Position numbers and translations under genes: made by a program
Part shown: piece by piece, positions 1 to 8,773 of the stretch
Numbering within the stretch: the stretch's first letter is position 1
Layout: every line of letters starts with the position of its first letter
The notes under the pieces: model-generated
The model's input: the letters and a program-made list of their open reading frames with translations, nothing else
Told to the model about the DNA's origin: nothing
Database searches by the model: none
Source: a virus
Taxonomy: Duplodnaviria > Heunggongvirae > Uroviricota > Caudoviricetes
Virus record (IMG/VR): IMGVR_UViG_2563366939_000004
Span: 1-24,834 of that record
Length of the DNA: 24,834 nt
Strand: one strand, 5' to 3'

Positions 1-786
1 AGTGGTATCAGCCATATAAAGCTGCCCCGTTCCCTCACCGCAGCACTTCGGGCAATCCGGATTGGGTATGGCGTTATCAACAAAGCCGAGGCCTCCATAT
101 TCCGGCTCGGGTTTACCATCTCTGGAGGCCTGTGCCGCAGCCTTATCGAATTCTGCAATATCACGCCACTGGTAGAGATGATTCTCGCCCCAGCAATAAC
201 GGCAGTTAACACGGCGAAATTGTGCCAACTGATTGGGGTCGGCCTGGACAATGGCCATCAACTGGCTCACCAGTAAATCCAGGTCTGCGGTATAGCGTTT
301 CTGGTACTGATTGCGGAAGTAGCTGATAGCACGATAAACCCTGGCATTTCTAAGCATACGGCTGGCGTTGCTGTTAGCTGTCGCACCTTGCCCCTCATAA
401 CCAGCCAGTCGGTATGCCTCTGTCGGCTTTTTCCCCTGAGCAACCAACATGGCGAATTTTGCCTGCTGGTCAGAAATACCGAATTCATCGGGGCAGAACG
501 AAATTTCTTCCGTGTCCCCCTCAATCAGGAGTGCATCGGATACAGCCTTTTTTTTCTGAGATTTTCCGTTCTGCCTTTGCGCAGTCTGCGCAGTTTTTTT
601 TCGCGCACTTTTTTGCGCAGTTTTGCGCATTTCTTTCTGCGCATTTTTCGGAGTTTTTTTGATGTAACGACGGGCTGTTGCGTAGTTCAGTCCCCTTGCT
701 TCACACCATGCCACCGGAGATATACCGGAGCGGGTGTATTCAGCAATATACTCCTGCTGCAACGCCCCCCAGTCCGGTCTGCTCAT
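1..786 (-). CDS. Phage DNA-packaging protein, terminase-small-subunit-like (N-terminal HTH, Lys/Ala-rich linker, Cys-rich C-region); 5' part only, runs off window start
   Basis: Hand translation from ATG at 786 gives uninterrupted frame to position 1 (MSRPDWGALQQEYIAEYTRSGISPVAWCEARGLNYATARRYIKK...NCRYCWGENH...PDCPKCCGEG); not in ORF track because no stop in window. Position directly after lysis genes is where lambdoid packaging genes sit. Function assignment is inference. Confidence 0.4.
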   Translation of the reverse strand, partial: MSRPDWGALQQEYIAEYTRSGISPVAWCEARGLNYATARRYIKKTPKNAQKEMRKTAQKSARKKTAQTAQRQNGKSQKKKAVSDALLIEGDTEEISFCPDEFGISDQQAKFAMLVAQGKKPTEAYRLAGYEGQGATANSNASRMLRNARVYRAISYFRNQYQKRYTADLDLLVSQLMAIVQADPNQLAQFRRVNCRYCWGENHLYQWRDIAEFDKAAAQASRDGKPEPEYGGLGFVDNAIPNPDCPKCCGEGTGQLYMADTT

Positions 787-789
787 CAG

Positions 790-1041
790 TTAGTCCTGAT
801 TTTTATCCACCCTGAGTAGTTCGCGCAGAGCAAAGGCATCCCCTTTTCTGGCAAGCTTAAACAATGCCGCTCGTAACTCGGCTTCACCTTTCGCTCTGCC
901 CTTACGGATGGCCGCATAAAAATCTGTCATTGCTTCCCGATTTTCTTTCAGTCGGTTCAGATCAACATCCAGAACGTCAGCGATTTGTTGTGCAGTCATC
1001 CGGCACGCTGCCAGAGACTCGACTTTCGAATACGGAATCAT
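790..1041 (-). CDS. Small HTH-like phage protein, resembles K-12 Rac YnaK from memory; start uncertain (alternative ATG at 999)
   Basis: 83-aa ORF (MIPYSKVESLAACRMTAQQIADVLDVDLNRLKENREAM...), stop 4 nt before terS-like ATG; overlaps upstream gene by 65 nt if long start is used. Confidence 0.5.
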   Translation of the reverse strand: MIPYSKVESLAACRMTAQQIADVLDVDLNRLKENREAMTDFYAAIRKGRAKGEAELRAALFKLARKGDAFALRELLRVDKNQD

Positions 1042-1909
1042 TTGTCACCCCCATTGATATGCAGGGTGTCTTCTTCCTGTATTTTTCGTGAAGGATTTTT
1101 ACTGCAGCGTTGTTCCAGGTGACCTGATGGTGAATGCGTTTATGGCTGGCACCCATCAGTGAGATTTTTACGCACGACGGCGCATACATGACGGAGTAAA
1201 AACTTTTAACGTAGGTTCCGGAATCCAGATACAGCTCGGTCATTCCGCCGCTGTTTTTCTGCGTCTGTTTCTGCCCTAACTGGACAGCACCGATCGTCAT
1301 AAACAATTCACCACAGCGACCGAGATTCGTGTACGTATTCACATCCTCGTTAATGCGCCCCATGAATGAGAACGGTCGATCAACCGAACAGATAAAGCTG
1401 TTCATTGCCTTGCGTTTCACCCACGAAGCATGGCCGCCATTGTCACCAAGAAAATCCCCGCCCTGCGACATAGCGATGGAAAGCGCGGGTATTGATTCGT
1501 AATACGCCAGCATTTCAGAAAGGATCGCATCCAGTTTCCTTATCGGGAAATAGGCCTGGTCATAGTTGCGATCCACCCGAAACTGGAACTCGTGATAATC
1601 ATCATCGAACTGAATGAAGTATTTACACCCGACCAGTTTTGCCAGGTCGAAACAGGCATTACGGGCGTAAAAAATTGAGCGGCGGTCACCAAAATTATCG
1701 GCTTCGTCAAAACGACTGGCAATATCGGCTTTGGAAAATACCAGCACCTGTTCACCAAATTCAGCCATGTACTGATGCCGTGTCTTATCTTCATCATCAA
1801 CAACGATAAAAATTTTCCCGGTATAGCCAGCACGACGCAACGTCCGGTAAGTCAGAACTTTGTCCGGTCGCCCGTGAGTCAGAATAAAGGCGCAAAAATC
1901 ATCACGCAT
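977..1909 (-). CDS. Uncharacterised 310-aa protein; motifs suggest a GT-A-fold nucleotide-sugar transferase-like enzyme (IFIVVDDEDK ... FIQFDDDYHEF); no PP-loop, no TM segments
   Basis: ORF with GGAGG RBS 5 nt upstream of ATG; start overlaps stop of upstream ParB-like gene by 8 nt (ATGCGTGA) indicating translational coupling. Fold assignment is motif-based inference only. Confidence 0.6.
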   Translation of the reverse strand: MRDDFCAFILTHGRPDKVLTYRTLRRAGYTGKIFIVVDDEDKTRHQYMAEFGEQVLVFSKADIASRFDEADNFGDRRSIFYARNACFDLAKLVGCKYFIQFDDDYHEFQFRVDRNYDQAYFPIRKLDAILSEMLAYYESIPALSIAMSQGGDFLGDNGGHASWVKRKAMNSFICSVDRPFSFMGRINEDVNTYTNLGRCGELFMTIGAVQLGQKQTQKNSGGMTELYLDSGTYVKSFYSVMYAPSCVKISLMGASHKRIHHQVTWNNAAVKILHEKYRKKTPCISMGVTNDSVFESRVSGSVPDDCTTNR

Positions 1910-2690
1910 ATTCCTCCTCCCCGCTATGCATGATCGCCACCATGCGCTGCGTCATTCGGACAAATCCATTTTCAATAGCCTGCTGATAATCAATGATCAC
2001 CAGCGCCGACTCCTCGAAAAGGCACTGAATTTCAGCGGGGGCATGAGCGTAATAGTCCGCAATTCTGCTGAAATTAAACACCGTGTGACGTTCTGCCGCA
2101 CACAGGAGGAATTTCTCAATATCAGGATCAAGGGACGCCGAACGTATCCGGCTGATCAGCTCCTGAGTTTTCGTATCGTCGTACAGTTCACTGATATCCG
2201 GTTTACCGCCCGACGGCTCATAAACAGGCGTATCAATTTTCGTCGTATACGGCTCCTCCTTATTTCCTGTACCGGGCAAAACATCCGTCAACAGTTCATC
2301 AATTTCTGTCGGGCCGAAGCCTGTCAGGGAGACATCAAAATCAGCATTGATTAGGTCCGACAGCTCCATCCGCAATAGATCTTCATCCCAGCCAGCATTC
2401 ATCGGTAGGCGATTATCTGCCAGGCGGTACGCCTTTTTCTGCTCATCCGTCAGGCCAGACAGAACAATGACCGGAACAGAATCCATTTTGAGCATTTCAG
2501 CCGCCATAACACGACCGTGACCCGCAATAATTTCGCCCTTTTCGTCAATCAGCACCGGATTAGTCCAGCCGAATTGCTTAATACTTTCTACCAGTTGTGC
2601 CACCTGCTCAGTACTGTGCGTCCTGGCGTTGTGCGCATACGGTGACAATTCTTGTAATGGGCGATAGACTATCTTTAATTTCTCGCTCAT
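1902..2690 (-). CDS. ParB/Srx-like nuclease-domain protein (262 aa)
   Basis: N-terminal ParB-N-like region (KIVYRPLQELSPYAHNARTHS...VLIDEKGEIIAGHGRVMAA); acidic C-terminal half; first gene of a two-gene cassette. Confidence 0.65.
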   Translation of the reverse strand: MSEKLKIVYRPLQELSPYAHNARTHSTEQVAQLVESIKQFGWTNPVLIDEKGEIIAGHGRVMAAEMLKMDSVPVIVLSGLTDEQKKAYRLADNRLPMNAGWDEDLLRMELSDLINADFDVSLTGFGPTEIDELLTDVLPGTGNKEEPYTTKIDTPVYEPSGGKPDISELYDDTKTQELISRIRSASLDPDIEKFLLCAAERHTVFNFSRIADYYAHAPAEIQCLFEESALVIIDYQQAIENGFVRMTQRMVAIMHSGEEEYA

Positions 2691-2827
2691 ACAGCCTTGC
2701 TTTATGAATAAAACGCACCCCAGCAGCCAGTGCTACTGGGGGCGGAGGTGTTGCTGGTAAAGTTAGGTATTGGATCAATGAGTGAGTCAATATAATATTA
2801 AACTCACAATTATAAATCAGCCATATA

Positions 2828-4285
2828 TTAGGAGCGCCAAAAAAAACCTGAAAACAATATAATAACAGGATAAATTTCAAGGCGACCAAGAATCATAGCT
2901 ATGCACATTAAATATTTTGCAATGTCATTAAGCACTCCGAATGACGATGCAGTAGCCCCAAAACCTAATCCCATATTATTAATACATGCAGCCACTGTTG
3001 CAAATGATGTAAGAAAATCATATCCCATACCATTTAACACCAGTATAAAAAACACCGTGAAGAGAGTATAAAGAAAAAAGAAACTCCATACAGACCTCAT
3101 TACACGATCTGTAACTATCTTCCCTCCTACATTTACACTCAACAACGCTCTGGGATGAGAAAGCTGATTTATCTCGTGTTTGCTTTGTTTGAAAAGTATA
3201 AGAAATCGAAGTGACTTAATTCCACCACAAGTTGAACCTATACATCCCCCAAAGAAACTTGACAACAGCAAAAACACTATCGTGTGCGTGGGCCAGTTTG
3301 CATAATCCTGCGTAGCTAAACCATTATCAGTGAGCATGGAGCTGGCAAGAAAAAACGAATGAATAAAACTTCCATGCAAGTCATACATACCTATATGCCA
3401 GACCTGGAAAGAGGTAACAATGATCACCCCTAAGGCTATTAACAGAAAGAAACGAAGTTCAATATCTCTGATTAAAGGTTTTATCGTTTTCCTGCTAATA
3501 ACAATATACCAAAGAGTGAAGTTGAAAGCCGATAGCAGGGAAAAAGAACCAGCCACCAGCTCAACCAAATAGTTATTAAAATATCCGATACTCTCGCTAT
3601 GAGTTGAGAAACCACCAAGCGAAACTGTGGAAATCCCGTGACAAATAGCATCAAACAAAGGCATTCCTGCAAGTCTATAACAGACAATACAAGCAATACC
3701 TAATAAAGAATAAGTTATCCACAGTGTCCGTGACGTATCGGCCAGGCGGGGAGTGAGTTTGTCATCCTTAAATGGCCCCGGCATTTCTGACTGATAAAGC
3801 TTTGCACCACCAATACCCAATAATGGCAATACAGCAACCGCCAGAACAATAACTCCTAAACCACCTATAAAATTTAACTGTGACCGATAGTACAAATATG
3901 CCCGAGGTAATGAACTAACATCATCAATTACAGTTGCTCCTGTTGTTGTTATTCCAGAAACCCCTTCAAACAGAGCATCAATGAACGTTAAATTAAGTTC
4001 TGAGTCAATCCATAAAGGGAATGCACTAATAACAGAAAACAAAATCCAAAACATTACAATTATAATAAACCCATCACGGGTACGTAATTGAATGCCAGAT
4101 TTCTTAGTTGTATACCACGCTCCGCCACCAATGCAAAAAAATATAACGAAAGTTATAAAGAAAACGAACAGGCTTTTTTCTTTATAAAACAATGCTACAA
4201 CCATTGGTGGCAACATTGAAAGACTATAGAGCCAAACCAGGAACCCACACATATGAGTAACAACTCTTACATGAGATGTATTCAT
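2828..4285 (-). CDS. trkG: TrkG, Trk-system K+ uptake membrane protein (485 aa from ATG at 4285; ORF-track start is an upstream TTG)
   Basis: Polytopic membrane protein starting MNTSHVRVVTHMCGFLVWLYSL..., matches my recollection of the K-12 Rac-encoded TrkG; strongly AT-rich relative to flanking DNA. Confidence 0.85.
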   Translation of the reverse strand: MNTSHVRVVTHMCGFLVWLYSLSMLPPMVVALFYKEKSLFVFFITFVIFFCIGGGAWYTTKKSGIQLRTRDGFIIIVMFWILFSVISAFPLWIDSELNLTFIDALFEGVSGITTTGATVIDDVSSLPRAYLYYRSQLNFIGGLGVIVLAVAVLPLLGIGGAKLYQSEMPGPFKDDKLTPRLADTSRTLWITYSLLGIACIVCYRLAGMPLFDAICHGISTVSLGGFSTHSESIGYFNNYLVELVAGSFSLLSAFNFTLWYIVISRKTIKPLIRDIELRFFLLIALGVIIVTSFQVWHIGMYDLHGSFIHSFFLASSMLTDNGLATQDYANWPTHTIVFLLLSSFFGGCIGSTCGGIKSLRFLILFKQSKHEINQLSHPRALLSVNVGGKIVTDRVMRSVWSFFFLYTLFTVFFILVLNGMGYDFLTSFATVAACINNMGLGFGATASSFGVLNDIAKYLMCIAMILGRLEIYPVIILFSGFFWRS

Positions 4286-4422
4286 ATCTAAATATTCTTT
4301 CAATTATAACCACCTTGCTGCAATATTATGATTATACTGTATAAAATTTAACCCCTCTTAGATCTTACTTCACTGTTCCTTATGAAACAATCATCAAAAT
4401 GAATCATATTGTAGTTAAGATT

Positions 4423-4899
4423 TTACTTTAAACACTGTTCGGTTATGTATTGCTGAGCACCTTCAAGTTGGGCCTGCATCATTACCAGTCGTTCCCGGAG
4501 GGTGAAATAATCCCGTTCAGCGGTGTCTGCCAGTCGGGGGGAGGCTGCATTATCCACGCCGGAGGCGGTGGTGGCTTCACGCACTGACTGACAGACTGCT
4601 TTGATGTGCAACCGACGACGACCAGCGGCAACATCATCACGCAGAGCATCATTTTCAGCTTTCGCATCAGCTAACTCCTTCGTGTATTTTGCATCGAGCG
4701 CAGCAACATCACGCTGACGCATCTGCATGTCAGTAATTGCCGCGTTCGCCAGCTTCAGTTCTCTGGCATTTTTGTCGCGCTGGGCTTTGTAGGTAATGGC
4801 GTTATCACGGTAATGATTAACAGCCCATGACAGGCAGACGATGATGCAGATAACCAGAGCGGAGATAATCGCGGTTACTCTGTTCATTGCTGACCCCAC
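4423..4899 (-). CDS. Rz-type i-spanin (inner-membrane spanin), full length
   Basis: 158 aa, N-terminal TM ([18 protein letters not shown]), coiled-coil-like periplasmic part; immediately downstream of endolysin with 16-nt overlap; equivalent of rzpR position. Confidence 0.8.
   Translation of the reverse strand: MGSAMNRVTAIISALVICIIVCLSWAVNHYRDNAITYKAQRDKNARELKLANAAITDMQMRQRDVAALDAKYTKELADAKAENDALRDDVAAGRRRLHIKAVCQSVREATTASGVDNAASPRLADTAERDYFTLRERLVMMQAQLEGAQQYITEQCLK
4482..4667 (-). CDS. Rz1-type o-spanin lipoprotein nested in +1 frame inside Rz
   Basis: 61 aa, lipobox-like LVVVGC, proline-rich ([13 protein letters not shown]); fully embedded in Rz gene; equivalent of rzoR. Confidence 0.8.
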   Translation of the reverse strand: MRKLKMMLCVMMLPLVVVGCTSKQSVSQCVKPPPPPAWIMQPPPDWQTPLNGIISPSGNDW

Positions 4900-5381
4900 A
4901 AACAGATTTCACGCTCAATCTCACGACGAGTCATGAGACCTTTCCATTGCTTACCGCCAGCATATGTCCAGCGACGTAGCTGATCACATGCGCCTTTGAT
5001 ATCGCCCTGGTTTATTTTGCGAAGAAGCGTCGATGTTCTGAAATTGCCAGCACCCACGTTGTAAACGAATGAGTAAAGAGCGCCGCGCGTTGTTTCCGGT
5101 ATATCGACTTTGATGTACGGGTTAATTTGTCTGGCGACAGTGGCAAGGTCTTTATTCAAGAGTGCTTTGCATTCTGCTTTGGTATACGTTTTACCGAGCA
5201 TGATGTCTTTTCCTGTATGCCCGTGACATACAGTCCATACACCAACAATATCTTTGTATGGTATGTAGCTGACACCTTCCAGACCATCGTTACCACTTGG
5301 GCCAGTGATTAACACTGATGCTATAGCAATTGCTCCGCCACCAATAGCAGCAGCAACGACTTTTCGTAATGATGGAGGCAT
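4884..5381 (-). CDS. SAR endolysin (phage 21 R21-type lysozyme with N-terminal signal-arrest-release segment)
   Basis: 165 aa; Gly/Ala-rich weakly hydrophobic N-terminus ([20 protein letters not shown]) followed by lysozyme-like domain; ATG overlaps holin stop (TAATG). Confidence 0.8.
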   Translation of the reverse strand: MPPSLRKVVAAAIGGGAIAIASVLITGPSGNDGLEGVSYIPYKDIVGVWTVCHGHTGKDIMLGKTYTKAECKALLNKDLATVARQINPYIKVDIPETTRGALYSFVYNVGAGNFRTSTLLRKINQGDIKGACDQLRRWTYAGGKQWKGLMTRREIEREICLWGQQ

Positions 5382-5596
5382 TATTCACCTCTCGCAGCCT
5401 TGCGCTTATCTTCTTTAATCTTGAAATAAAGGTTTGTCAGGTACGTCAGCAGGCCAAATACCAGACTACCCAGCACACCGATTGCAGCCCACTGTGACGG
5501 AGTTACTCTATCGAGCAACTGTAAAAACCAGTAGCCAGCACTGCCTGCGGAGGTGCCATAGGCGACACCTGTTGTTAACTTATCCATGGATTTCAT
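5381..5596 (-). CDS. Class II holin, phage 21 S21-type pinholin (71 aa) with dual-start motif MKSM
   Basis: [71 protein letters not shown] closely resembles S21 from memory; ORF-track 102-aa version is an upstream in-frame extension. Confidence 0.8.
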   Translation of the reverse strand: MKSMDKLTTGVAYGTSAGSAGYWFLQLLDRVTPSQWAAIGVLGSLVFGLLTYLTNLYFKIKEDKRKAARGE

Positions 5597-5945
5597 AACC
5601 CCCACCTCGCAGATGCGGGCGCTGTGTAATGGAAACAAAAAATGGCCACCAGCGGCCCGTAAAAAACACCCCGTCAAAAGCACCGGCATCCGCAGATGCC
5701 CTTTGCGTGGCGTTATTTGATGCGCGCCAGATGTGGCGCAAAGAAATGAAATAAGACTTATCGAAAATTAAGGTTAATTTGATGATTTAAACCACTTCTG
5801 AAGCTTAGTAGTATGAACATGTCCCCAGAAGGGGCCAATACTTATTATTCTTCATGGACTTTGTCCCGCGGTCTTAATCCGACGACCGCGCTACTTTTCA
5901 CCCTCTCGCAAATTGCTATCTAAAGGACGTTGTCCCACGAGTATT

Positions 5946-5980
5946 CCTGTATGCTCGTGTCTTTTTTTGTCCTGAGAAAG
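5946..5980 (+). terminator. Putative intrinsic terminator on + strand (stem CACGAG...CTCGTG followed by T7)
   Basis: cacgagtattcctgtatgctcgtgtcttttttt read directly from sequence. Confidence 0.4.
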
Positions 5981-5984
5981 GAAT

Positions 5985-6015
5985 AAAAAAGCCGCCAGAT
6001 ATGGCGGTTGGTCAA
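5985..6015 (-). terminator. Putative intrinsic terminator on - strand (stem AACCGCCA/TGGCGGCTT followed by T6)
   Basis: Reverse complement reads accaaccgccatatctggcggcttttttattcc; lies downstream of the tRNA pair and upstream of the holin. Confidence 0.55.
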
Positions 6016-6371
6016 TGCAAGGGATGAATTATTTAATTGTTATTAAACCGAGGCGTCGGGTGCCTCCCGAAGTATTCCGTGCTGTATGGATACTGTGGTT
6101 TCCCGCTAAACCGACTCTTTAAACCACCCTCGCACTGAGGAGCGCCTCTGTGGTGTTTTTATAACACCAAAATGATGCATCACCGACCCTGCCAGGAAAT
6201 ACAAAATCTCCACCGATAATGCACCATTCTGCTGCCGTAAAAAATTAACACTGAGGCTACACCCGGCCTCAAATCATAGCCAGAGAACAGAATGCTTTTT
6301 CAAAACAACCTGCTCCCACGTAATAAAAAAATACGCCAGTGCCGTAATACAATAAGGCTTGTTTTAAATGC

Positions 6372-6446
<75 letters not shown>

Positions 6447-6449
6447 ATA

Positions 6450-6525
<76 letters not shown>

Positions 6526-6771
6526 ATTGGTTCTTCAGGGGAGCGATATCACCGAGCAAAGAAGAGTTCCCCCTCAGAACCGTTTTCGATGATACGATTT
6601 AATATTCCAATCGCAACAACACTTTGCGTCAAGCTATGTAAATTTATTTATGTATTTTTATTTTATGTGAACATTTCACCTTCACTTAAAATATACGCGA
6701 CAATATATAAACAAATTTATTTTGAACGCAATTATTAAATGTCGTTTCTTATATCACACCACAAAAACAAC

Positions 6772-6800
6772 AAAACCCGCTTGATGGCGGGTTTTATTAA
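6772..6800. terminator. GC-rich hairpin flanked by T-runs about 80-100 bp downstream of Q-like gene; candidate tR'-like terminator or qut-associated structure
   Basis: aaaacccgcttgatggcgggttttatt; stem ACCCGC/GCGGGT, T/A-rich on both sides. Confidence 0.4.
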
Positions 6801-6878
6801 AGTTTAATTGCGCTTGATTCGCCTCGCGATACAGCTTTGCGAAGCGTAGCAAAATTGAAGCAGTTTACGCGTAAAAAA

Positions 6879-7421
6879 TCAAGCCGTTTTTTGAGCGAGT
6901 GATTCTCGCATGGGAATGTATAGCGCATACTCAGCAACGGCCAACCAATTAGCAATTCGCTTTTCGCATGTGCTAAAACACCACTCTGGGTGTGCATCAT
7001 TTAGCAATTCAGCCATTTTGCGTTTGGTCATCCCCCGCCCCTCATACCGTTGCCGAAGGACGCTAATCAATCCTGGATGCTCTGCCAGCACCTCACTTAT
7101 GACCCGATCAATACATAACGCCTCTGCATCAGTACAATGCGCCAGCCAGCTCTTTTGCTTACCGTTAATCATATCCCGCAAAAAAGCCTCAAGTTCAGAC
7201 TTGTTCAGACCTGCTTTTTTCATCCTCCGGAGCGCCTCGTTAATTGCCGTTTTTGTCAGCTTTTTAGAGGCCAACAACTGATTGAACATATTTCCTGACC
7301 TGCCACCGCCAATATACGACCAGCGCCCCCACATACGCAGTTTGCCCTGAATCCAGACACTTTCCAGCGTTGCGAGACGAAGGTGTTCTCCGCTTTTTCC
7401 TGTATTCGTTGGGTAAATCAC
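6879..7421 (-). CDS. Putative late-gene antiterminator Q-like protein (about 180 aa from GTG at 7421)
   Basis: Position between nin-like genes and lysis cassette; GTG start preceded by AGGAGG and overlapping upstream stop (GTGA); two Cys pairs (CTDAEALC, WCFSTC) compatible with a Zn site. Family assignment is inference from synteny. Confidence 0.5.
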   Translation of the reverse strand: MIYPTNTGKSGEHLRLATLESVWIQGKLRMWGRWSYIGGGRSGNMFNQLLASKKLTKTAINEALRRMKKAGLNKSELEAFLRDMINGKQKSWLAHCTDAEALCIDRVISEVLAEHPGLISVLRQRYEGRGMTKRKMAELLNDAHPEWCFSTCEKRIANWLAVAEYALYIPMRESLAQKTA

Positions 7422-7708
7422 AAATATCCCTCCTTTCTCCAGATTTCTTGTGTGCGAAAAACACCTTCTGCATGCATCAGGCGTAATTCTTCTTTGGTGT
7501 AATCGCTGGTTTTTACCCGCCCGTCGATTAGATCGTGGCATGAGCTACAGGCAATCGCCGCCTGCATATCGTGTGGTTTTGTCGCTGTTCCGCACGTTCC
7601 CGCCAGTCGGTAATGCGCCAGCACAGACGTTTCCGGATCGTGATTGCAGTAGCCAGGAATTCTGACGGTGCACATCTGCCCCCGCGCCGCTTTACGTAAA
7701 TCCACCAT
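7418..7708 (-). CDS. YbcO-like small Cys-rich phage protein (DUF1364-type, putative nuclease)
   Basis: 96 aa, MVDLRKAARGQMCTVRIPGYCNHDPETSVLAH...CGTATKPHD...ACSSCHD resembles K-12 DLP12 YbcO from memory. Confidence 0.65.
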   Translation of the reverse strand: MVDLRKAARGQMCTVRIPGYCNHDPETSVLAHYRLAGTCGTATKPHDMQAAIACSSCHDLIDGRVKTSDYTKEELRLMHAEGVFRTQEIWRKEGYL

Positions 7709-8307
7709 TACGCAAACTCCAGCAGCTGCGCGGCCACATTTTCGACTTGTTCCGGAGAGGAAAATTTACGGAACAGAATCCAGTTCCACAGCACATTCAG
7801 AACAGATTTATAAACCTGCTGAAACTCGGTTTCGTCCATATTCGCAAAAGCGATGGATTTCGCCCGACGCCCATGGCTACCGTCCGGATAAAAATGTTCG
7901 GTGTAAAATCCAGCCTGAATGGTTACCCACTCGCGAAAAGCCTCAAACGACTTTAGCAATGCCGTATCCCGGGTTCTGCGTGTCGCAACTGTATTCAGAT
8001 ATTGCTCTGCGGCATCACTCAGGGCTGGCGTGTGTTCCCGACCAACTGATTCGCACAGGTAATCAACGAAACCAGACAGCAGTTCTCGTTCGCGAGGCGT
8101 GATCGCCCCACCGACCGGAGTCCAGTAATCGAATCCCAGTTGCAGGAGTTTGAAAAAACGCTTGTGGAATACGTAGTTACGCACACGCTTAAAGTCTGCG
8201 TGTATCCACTCACCTATTTTGATTTGATGCAGAAAATCGCAACTCTCCGGCGTCGCCGGGAGAAGTAAACCAGAAGAGGTTTGTTTGACCAGTTGTATAT
8301 GCGCCAT
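7708..8307 (-). CDS. Conserved lambdoid nin-region protein of unknown function (199 aa)
   Basis: ORF with 1-nt stop/start overlap (TAATG) with ybcO-like gene. Confidence 0.55.
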   Translation of the reverse strand: MAHIQLVKQTSSGLLLPATPESCDFLHQIKIGEWIHADFKRVRNYVFHKRFFKLLQLGFDYWTPVGGAITPRERELLSGFVDYLCESVGREHTPALSDAAEQYLNTVATRRTRDTALLKSFEAFREWVTIQAGFYTEHFYPDGSHGRRAKSIAFANMDETEFQQVYKSVLNVLWNWILFRKFSSPEQVENVAAQLLEFA

Positions 8308-8580
8308 TTCTCAATCTCTCGATGGCGCAGTGCAACAGATGCCAGTTGTTCAGGCTGACGTATAAAGTATAAATAAACTGGTTCCAGTGTAAAGCCCCCA
8401 CATTGATGGAATAAAAACCAAACAACAGATTGCTGGGATAAAAACAACGCTTATTATTAAAAGCGGTTAAACAAATTAAATTTTAATGTTATGCAAATCT
8501 GCCAGATCACCATAATATCTCATTTGAAAACCGCTGAAATAACAACCCTATCAGGATTAATCATATTAAGGTGAGTAAAT

Positions 8581-8667
8581 ATGGAAAACAACAAATCTGC
8601 ACATTACGTTCCTTTTTTATCTGTAATACTTTTTGTTTTATGCTGTGCGTGGGCATTATTTTTATAA
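8581..8667 (+). CDS. Putative 28-aa hydrophobic small protein (MENNKSAHYVPFLSVILFVLCCAWALFL)
   Basis: Strong SD (AAGGTGAG) 5 nt upstream of ATG; single predicted TM helix; below ORF-track size cutoff; convergent with hok. Confidence 0.35.
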   Translation: MENNKSAHYVPFLSVILFVLCCAWALFL

Positions 8668-8773
8668 AAATATTCACAGATAAAATATACCCGCCAAAGC
8701 AGGTTAAGTGCGGGTGCGTTGAGGATGCCTGACACATCAGAGGTGGCGAGGGATTTATCCCCCGCCAGGTCTC

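Noticed and set aside
388-819. Plus-strand ORFs of 143 and 82 aa (388-819, 414-662)
   Set aside because: Lie antisense within the continuous terS-like reading frame; low-complexity translation driven by the repeat tract; no RBS.
1540-1833. 97-aa minus-strand ORF nested in the 310-aa gene
   Set aside because: Alternative frame of a well-supported longer ORF.
977-1909. PAPS-reductase (IbrA/DndC-like) identity for the ParB partner gene
   Set aside because: No SGGKDS PP-loop motif anywhere in the protein; motifs fit a GT-A-like fold better, though this is unverified.
2608-2889. 93-aa ORF spanning the ParB-trkG intergenic region
   Set aside because: Overlaps the ParB start and trkG stop; low-complexity AT-rich translation; more likely promoter DNA.
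6797-7281. ORFs 6797-7000 (-) and 6910-7281 (+) around the Q-like gene
   Set aside because: Overlap the Q-like frame or intergenic hairpin; no RBS support.
7450-8102. Plus-strand ORFs 7450-7665, 7668-8102, 7747-7956
   Set aside because: Antisense shadows of the ybcO-like and 199-aa genes.
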